From a candidate division FCPU426 bacterium (GTDB taxonomy: Bacteria > Oederibacteriota > JAAXVQ01 > JAUVAV01): DNA of 64,000 bases. Position numbers and translations under genes: made by a program. Below are positions 58,379 to 64,000 of the stretch, in pieces (positions within the stretch are counted from its first letter, which is position 1; every line of letters begins with the position of its first letter). The stretch spans positions 1,484,399 to 1,548,398 of the forward strand of contig JBFLYH010000001.1 in assembly GCA_040756875.1 (NCBI GenBank). The letters run 5' to 3'. The notes under the pieces are model-generated. The model saw only the letters and a program-made list of their open reading frames with translations. It searched no databases and was not told the DNA's origin.

Positions 58379-58762
58379 TTAATGTTCCTCTAATTCAATG
58401 GCTTTCTGGCGGTAATAGGAATCCATGACCGCCTTGACTTCTGTGCGCAAGGCGTGTTCGCGGGCTTTGGAGGAAGCCTCGAATTTCATGCCGTACTGGT
58501 ACATCAGCGGGCCGGCGTTCCGGACCCAGCGGACCATGCCGCGCACTTCCAGCGGTTCCCGGTTCTCCAGCGTGGGCAGAAAGATGGTAATGCGGTCGTT
58601 CACCTTGAGTTTCAAGGGCGATCGCAGCCCAATGCCATCCTCCGACAAGTTTTGTATATCCGCAAACACCGCCATGTGGATGTCCCCGGCCTCGGGCAGC
58701 ACTTCGGTCCGGACCCGAAAAGCCGGTTTCACGCGCAAGGATCGTCTGCGTTCCTCGCCCAT
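58379..58762 (-). CDS. Stand-alone PilZ domain protein
   Basis: ERRRSLR, NLSEDG, GMVRW and YGMKF. Confidence 0.9.
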   Translation of the reverse strand: MGEERRRSLRVKPAFRVRTEVLPEAGDIHMAVFADIQNLSEDGIGLRSPLKLKVNDRITIFLPTLENREPLEVRGMVRWVRNAGPLMYQYGMKFEASSKAREHALRTEVKAVMDSYYRQKAIELEEH

Positions 58763-58786
58763 GGAAACACCTCCGCTGACTGGCGC

Positions 58787-59950
58787 CTAGGCGGCCAGCT
58801 TCAGGATATCCGCGATCACCGGCGCGGTATAGCGCGCCATACCCCAGACTTCGGCTACGCGCCGGATATGCGGCACGATCCGGGGAATGTCCTCAACGGC
58901 GATGCCGGCGGCAGGCAGCCGGGTGGGCGCGCCGCGCTCCTGGCACCAGGTTTCGAACGCCCGGATGCCGGCTTCAGCCCGCTCGGAAACCGAACCGGAA
59001 TGCAGGCCGAACACCCGGCCGGCAAACTGCGCGTACTTTTCCGGCGCCTGACGGCTGGCATGGCGCATCCAGGCCGGGCCGACGATGGCCAGGCCCGCGC
59101 CGTGGGGCAGGTCGTACAGGGCGCTGAGCGGGTGCTCCAGCATGTGCATGGGAAAGCCGGTGTTGCCCGTACCGGCCTGGGTCAGGCCGTTCAAGGCCAG
59201 CGTGGCGCCCCACATCAGGCGGGCGCGGGCCGCATAGTGTTTGGGATCGCGGAGAGCCGCGTCCGCCGCTTCCAGCAGGGTCTGCACCAGGCCTTCGACC
59301 AGACGGTCCTGCAGCGGCAGATCGGGGTCCGAGCCGTTGAAGTACCCTTCCAGCAAATGGATGACCGCGTCCACGACGCCGAACACGGTTTGATCGCGCG
59401 GCACGGTAAAGGTGTTCTCCGGATCCAGGATGGAAACCCGGGGGAACAGCGCCGGCCCGGACAAATGCAGTTTCTCCTGGGTGGCCTCGTTGGTCAGCAC
59501 ACCGCCGCTGTTCATCTCAGATCCCGTGGCTGCCAGCGTAAGCACGGTGGTCACGGGCGCCGCGTCCCCGACTTCGGCTTCGCCGGTAAAAAAATCCCAC
59601 ACGTCCCCCGCGTAGCGAGCGCCCGCGGCCACGGCTTTGGCCGTGTCGAGCACGCTCCCGCCGCCGACCGCCACGACGGCGTCCAGCCCTTCCCGGCGGA
59701 AGCGGCCGATCGCCTCCCGGGCGAACACCAGCGTGGGATTGGGCCGGACGCCGCCCAGGTCCACCCATTCCACTCCGGCAGCCTTGAGGCTGTCCGTCAC
59801 TTTGTCCAGCAACCCGGACCGCCGCGCGCTGCCCTGCCCCGAAAGCAGCAGCACCCGCCGGCCGAACGGCGCCGTCGCCTTGCCGATGCGGGGCGTGGTC
59901 CCGCGTCCGAAAATCACCTGTGTGGGATTATGGAATTCGAAAGGAAACAA
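58787..59950 (-). CDS. Iron-containing alcohol dehydrogenase (BdhA/YqhD-like)
   Basis: NPTQVIFG, AVGGGSVLDTAK, TLAATGSEMN and HMLEHPLSALYDLPHGAGLA. Confidence 0.93.
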   Translation of the reverse strand: MFPFEFHNPTQVIFGRGTTPRIGKATAPFGRRVLLLSGQGSARRSGLLDKVTDSLKAAGVEWVDLGGVRPNPTLVFAREAIGRFRREGLDAVVAVGGGSVLDTAKAVAAGARYAGDVWDFFTGEAEVGDAAPVTTVLTLAATGSEMNSGGVLTNEATQEKLHLSGPALFPRVSILDPENTFTVPRDQTVFGVVDAVIHLLEGYFNGSDPDLPLQDRLVEGLVQTLLEAADAALRDPKHYAARARLMWGATLALNGLTQAGTGNTGFPMHMLEHPLSALYDLPHGAGLAIVGPAWMRHASRQAPEKYAQFAGRVFGLHSGSVSERAEAGIRAFETWCQERGAPTRLPAAGIAVEDIPRIVPHIRRVAEVWGMARYTAPVIADILKLAA

Positions 59951-59967
59951 AGGTCCTCCTTGCGCGC

Positions 59968-60273
59968 TCAGCCCTGTTCATCCAAATCGCGCACCCAGGC
60001 GCGCACATTCCGCTCCAGTTCCCGGGCGAGGACCCGCGGGTCCTCCCCCCCCTCTCCCAGTTCCCGGGCCAATGCGTCGCAGCCGGCCTGGAGGTTGACC
60101 TGCAAACTCCGGATCTGGCCCGGGCTTTGCGCCAGCCCCAATTGCAGGTGGGGATGCGGCGTGGACAAGAGCCGGTCCCAATCCGCCAGTTCCCGCAGCC
60201 GCCGGGCCAACTGCGGATCCCGCCGGGCCCGGTCCAGCAGCCGAAGACGGAACCGTCCGTTCGATTCGGGCAT
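59968..60273 (-). CDS. Small hypothetical helical protein
   Basis: ORF with AAGGAG upstream, co-oriented and close to the dehydrogenase gene. No recognisable motif. Confidence 0.5.
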   Translation of the reverse strand: MPESNGRFRLRLLDRARRDPQLARRLRELADWDRLLSTPHPHLQLGLAQSPGQIRSLQVNLQAGCDALARELGEGGEDPRVLARELERNVRAWVRDLDEQG

Positions 60274-60363
60274 ACGTGAAAGGCTCCTTGCCCCCACTAT
60301 ACCACCTGTCCGGTGATTGCCAAAGCGGGAATATCATTTGCAGGTTCACTCCGGGAAAAAGCC

Positions 60364-60393
60364 TTGACAGTGTTTTTGTCGCCTACATATAAT
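60364..60393 (+). promoter_or_regulatory. Promoter for the EF-G paralogue
   Basis: TTGACA, 18 bp, TATAAT. Confidence 0.75.
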
Positions 60394-60486
60394 TTAGCCC
60401 TACTTGTTCCGTCTTCAACCATGCGCGGCCTATCTTTTCAAACGCCCGGTTGGACCGGGCGTTTCAACCTACCTCGGAGGGACGGC

Positions 60487-62577
60487 ATGCTGCAAAATTA
60501 TCGGACCGAAAATATCCACAACCTTTTGATCGCCGGGCACGGCCAAACCGGCAAAACCTCGCTGACGGAATCCCTGCTGGTGGCAAGCGGCGCCCTGCCC
60601 GCGCCCGGGTCCGTGGATAAAGGCACGACGGTCTCCGATTTCGACGAGGAGGAAATCGCCCGAAAAATCTCGCTCAAACTCTCGCTGGCCTTCGTCGAGC
60701 ACCAGGGCCACAAGCTCAACCTGCTGGATGCGCCCGGATCCCCGGATTTCATCGGCGAATACCGCGCTGGATTGCACGTCGTGGACGCCTGCCTGATCCT
60801 GGTGGATGCGGAGGCCGGGGTGCAGGTCGAGGCCGAAAAGCACGCGCGCTACGCCCAGGACTTCCAGGTTCCCAGGCTGGCCCTGGTCAACAAGCTGGAC
60901 AAAGAGCACGCCAATTTCGACGCAGCGGTGGAATCGATCTCAAAAAAGTTCGGCAAGCCGGCAATTCCGGTCTGGCTGCCCCTGGGCCAGGGCGCGGCCT
61001 TTAAGGGCGCCATTGACCTCCTGCAGATGAAGGCCCTGACCTTCGAAGCCGGGGCCGCCAAACCGAAGGCGGGCGACATTCCGGCTGAAATGAAGGACGC
61101 GGCGGCCAAGGCCAAGGAAAAAGTAGTCGAAGCTGCGGCTGAAGGCGATGACCAGCTGACTGAAAAATTCCTCGAAGGCCAGGCTCTTTCCCCCGAGGAA
61201 ATCGCGCGCGGGCTGGGCGAATCGGTCCGAGCCGGCAACTGCATTCCCGTCCTGTGCGGCGGAGGCAACTCCCCCGCCTGCGCCTCGGCCCTGCTGGACG
61301 TCCTGATCCAGCTCGTTCCCCATGCCGGGCTGCGGGCGGACGCCAAAGGCTTCAAGCCCGGGGCGCCGGACCAGCCTCTGACCCGGCCGCCGCGCGAAGA
61401 CGCCCCCTTCTCGGCCTACGTCTTTAAAACTTTGATCGACCAGTACGCGGGCAAGTTCTCTTTCTTCCGCGTCATGTCCGGCAGCGTGGCCGCGGATCAG
61501 GACGTCTTCAATGTCAACCTGAACCGCAAGGAGCGGTTCAGCCACATCCTCAACCTCCAGGGGAAAAAGACGGTGGAAGTCCCCCGGGCCGTAGCCGGCG
61601 ACATTGCGGTCGTCGCCAAACTGGAAAGCACGCTCAGCGGGCAGACCTTCGCCGACCCGGCCCAGCCCATTCAATACCCGCCCCTGCACCTGCCCCAGGC
61701 CGTTTATTCCGTGGCCATCACCCCCAAGAAAAAAGGCGACGAGCAGAAACTCGCCACCGTGCTGGCCAAGCTTTGCGAAGAGGACCCCACCCTGAACTTC
61801 CACTTCGTTCCGGAGATCCAGCAATCCCTGCTGGCAGCCATGGGCGATATGCAAATTGAAATCACGCTGGCCAAACTGAAAAAGCGCTTCAACGTGGAAG
61901 TGGACCGGCAGGTGCCCCGCGTCCTGTATAAGGAAACCGTTCAGAAGCCGGGCAAAGGCCACCACAAGCATAAAAAGCAGACCGGCGGCCACGGCCAGTA
62001 TGGCGAGGTGTACCTGGACATCATCCCGCTGGAGCGCGGGACGGGATATGTGTTCGAGGACAAGACCGTGGGCGGCAGCATCCCCCGCAGTTACATTCCC
62101 GGCGTTGAAAAAGGCGTCAAGGAGGCCTTACTGCGTGGCGTATTGGCCAAGTATCCGGTCATCGACGTGGGCATCAAGGTGGTGGACGGTTCCTACCACG
62201 ACGTCGACTCTTCGGAAATGTCCTTCAAAATCGCAGGCCGCAAAGCCTTCTACGACGCCATGCAGAATTCCGGGCCGGTGCTGCTGGAACCGGTCATGAA
62301 AGTCGTTATCAACGCCTCGGATTCGTACATGGGCTCCGTCACCAGCGACCTGAACTCCCGCCGGGGCCGGGTCCTATCCATGGGCACCGAGCAAATCGAA
62401 GCCCACGTGCCTCAGGCCGAACTGCTCACCTACAGCCTGGACCTCAAGGCCATGACCTCGGGCACGGCCTCTTTCGAGATGGAATTCTCTCACTATCAGC
62501 CCATTTCCGGCCGGATTGCGGAAAATGTCATCAAGGCTGCGGCCGCGCTGCATGGCGAGGAGAAAGAGGAAGAATAG
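60487..62577 (+). CDS. fusA: Elongation factor G paralogue (EF-G2-like)
   Basis: GHGQTGKT, DAPGSPDF, NKLD, KKQTGGHGQYG, DGSYHDVDSSEMSF and LLEP. Not in a str operon. Confidence 0.93.
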   Translation: MLQNYRTENIHNLLIAGHGQTGKTSLTESLLVASGALPAPGSVDKGTTVSDFDEEEIARKISLKLSLAFVEHQGHKLNLLDAPGSPDFIGEYRAGLHVVDACLILVDAEAGVQVEAEKHARYAQDFQVPRLALVNKLDKEHANFDAAVESISKKFGKPAIPVWLPLGQGAAFKGAIDLLQMKALTFEAGAAKPKAGDIPAEMKDAAAKAKEKVVEAAAEGDDQLTEKFLEGQALSPEEIARGLGESVRAGNCIPVLCGGGNSPACASALLDVLIQLVPHAGLRADAKGFKPGAPDQPLTRPPREDAPFSAYVFKTLIDQYAGKFSFFRVMSGSVAADQDVFNVNLNRKERFSHILNLQGKKTVEVPRAVAGDIAVVAKLESTLSGQTFADPAQPIQYPPLHLPQAVYSVAITPKKKGDEQKLATVLAKLCEEDPTLNFHFVPEIQQSLLAAMGDMQIEITLAKLKKRFNVEVDRQVPRVLYKETVQKPGKGHHKHKKQTGGHGQYGEVYLDIIPLERGTGYVFEDKTVGGSIPRSYIPGVEKGVKEALLRGVLAKYPVIDVGIKVVDGSYHDVDSSEMSFKIAGRKAFYDAMQNSGPVLLEPVMKVVINASDSYMGSVTSDLNSRRGRVLSMGTEQIEAHVPQAELLTYSLDLKAMTSGTASFEMEFSHYQPISGRIAENVIKAAAALHGEEKEEE

Positions 62578-62632
62578 GGATCAGAATGGAGCCCCCCAGG
62601 CATCGTCCGGAGGGGTCTGCGTTGCGGGGATA

Positions 62633-62675
62633 AATAAAAAAGCCGCGGGGCCTCAAGGTCCCGCGGCTTTTTATT
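62633..62675. terminator. Bidirectional intrinsic terminator
   Basis: AATAAAAAAGCCGCGGG...CCCGCGGCTTTTTATT between convergent genes. Confidence 0.9.
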
Positions 62676-62681
62676 CGTTTT

Positions 62682-63692
62682 TTAGTTTGTGGCAGCCTGC
62701 CGCTTTCGTTGCGACTGGGTCGGATACGTGTGTTCGGCCTGACGTACGCAGTTGCGTCCCGCCCGCTTGGCCCGGTACAGCGCTTTGTCCGCCTGATCCA
62801 CCAATTCTTCGGACAAGTTTCCGTCGTCCGGGAAAGTGGCGGTGCCAATGGACACTGTCACGGGCAGCGGCAATCCCGGCGCCTTTCCCCCAAACTCCCG
62901 GTCCTTGAAATTGTTTTGCAGCCGAATGGCGAATTGCAGCGCCTCGGCGCGGTCGGTTTCAGGCAGAATCATGGCGAATTCGTCGCCGCCGTAGCGGGCC
63001 ACGACGTCCGCTTCCCGGCAGGAGGCTTTGAGGAAAGCCGCGATCTCCCGCAGCAGCAGGTCGCCGCGCATGTGCCCGAAATTATCGTTGTACGGCTTGA
63101 AGTAGTCCAAATCAATGAACAGGAGGCTGAATTGCCGGTGATACCGCTGGCAGCGGAGCAACTCCTCCCGCAGGTGTTCCTGAAAATAGCGGTGGTTGTA
63201 CAGGCCCGTCAAGCCGTCTTCGTTCACAAACAGCAGCAGGCAGTCCAAATCCTTGGCCGGCAACAGGTGAAAGTCCTTGATGCGTCCGGAATGGTTGTCC
63301 ATGTAATCCAGCACCGCCACCTTGATGCCGACATTGCGCCCGAGTTTCTCCGACATGAAATATTTGTGCACCAGGATTTCATTCCAGAGCTGCTTGGCTT
63401 CGCCGGCTGAAAAGCGGTTGTGGGTCACGGCCTGCAGCAAATCGATGTAAAGGTCGTCCCCTTTGTTGCTGCGGAGCTTCTCCATGGAATCCCACAGCTC
63501 GCGGGATAAATGATGCTTGTCGCCCGCGAAATAATCCAACACCGCCGAATCCTTGGACATCCAGCGCACAAAATCCTTCATCTCCTGCAAACGAGCCATG
63601 GCCGGCTGGCAGGCCGGCGCATTCACCCGCAAGGCGGGTTTCACCGCTGGCGCTTCCTTTTCCGGCACGTGGGCTTTCCGACGTTTCACCAT
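62682..63692 (-). CDS. Diguanylate cyclase (GGDEF) with N-terminal helical domain
   Basis: DGLTGLYNHR, DLDYFK.YND.FGH..GD, I-site READ, ARYGGDEF and ADKALYRAK. Confidence 0.93.
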   Translation of the reverse strand: MVKRRKAHVPEKEAPAVKPALRVNAPACQPAMARLQEMKDFVRWMSKDSAVLDYFAGDKHHLSRELWDSMEKLRSNKGDDLYIDLLQAVTHNRFSAGEAKQLWNEILVHKYFMSEKLGRNVGIKVAVLDYMDNHSGRIKDFHLLPAKDLDCLLLFVNEDGLTGLYNHRYFQEHLREELLRCQRYHRQFSLLFIDLDYFKPYNDNFGHMRGDLLLREIAAFLKASCREADVVARYGGDEFAMILPETDRAEALQFAIRLQNNFKDREFGGKAPGLPLPVTVSIGTATFPDDGNLSEELVDQADKALYRAKRAGRNCVRQAEHTYPTQSQRKRQAATN

Positions 63693-63821
63693 GAATATCC
63701 GCCTCATCCAACGTTTTGCCGCTTCACCGAACACCCCGCAGCTTATTCAGGGCAGTTTATTATCTCACAACGCCGTCACGCTGGCTATTTCTTAGACCCT
63801 GCGTCCGGCGTTTTATTTCCG

Positions 63822-64000
63822 TTATTTTTTACCGGCCTCGCGGATGGCCAGCATGCCGCCCTCCAGGTTGCGCAGGCGGGTGTACCCCTGGCTCTGCAGC
63901 CATTGGATGGCGCTGTGGGAACGCGAACCCGAGCGGCAGACCACCACCACTTCCCGGTCGCGGGGAATCTCCTCCATGCGTTCGGAAATCTGTCCCAAAG
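63822..64000 (-). CDS. Rhodanese-domain protein, C-terminal part only
   Basis: Hand translation: ...LGQISERMEEIPRDREVVVVCRSGSRS...GYTRLRNLEGGMLA...*. Confidence 0.85.
   Translation of the reverse strand, partial: LGQISERMEEIPRDREVVVVCRSGSRSHSAIQWLQSQGYTRLRNLEGGMLAIREAGKK

Overview
GC-rich chromosomal window from a diderm bacterium. Thr-Pro-repeat surface proteins with FlgD-Ig/T9SS-like C-termini next to a PorV/PorQ-like gene suggest an uncultured lineage such as FCPU426 or a relative (inference only). The core is housekeeping: 6S RNA, rny-ymdB, tmRNA, smpB-rnr, tRNA-Leu(CAG), NrdR-controlled class III ribonucleotide reductase, phoH-like, ilvE and an EF-G paralogue. Envelope and signalling loci include a pilin-less Tad cluster with a CpaE-CpaF fusion running into an ECF sigma/anti-sigma pair, a DprE1/DprE2-like pair, a GldAFG-like ABC system, four stand-alone PilZ genes and a GGDEF protein. 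I saw no CRISPR array, integrase, transposase or prophage. The most unusual items are: (1) two homologous ~140-nt nested-hairpin elements in opposite orientation between the dprE1/dprE2-like genes, with diverged but still-pairing stems; (2) a split NrdD whose glycyl-radical motif is on a separate 49-aa ORF missing from the ORF track; (3) a 1199-aa exported membrane protein with a TIKI/ChaN-like N-terminal domain; (4) long structured leaders in front of rny and tmRNA. All calls are by eye; no database searches were run.
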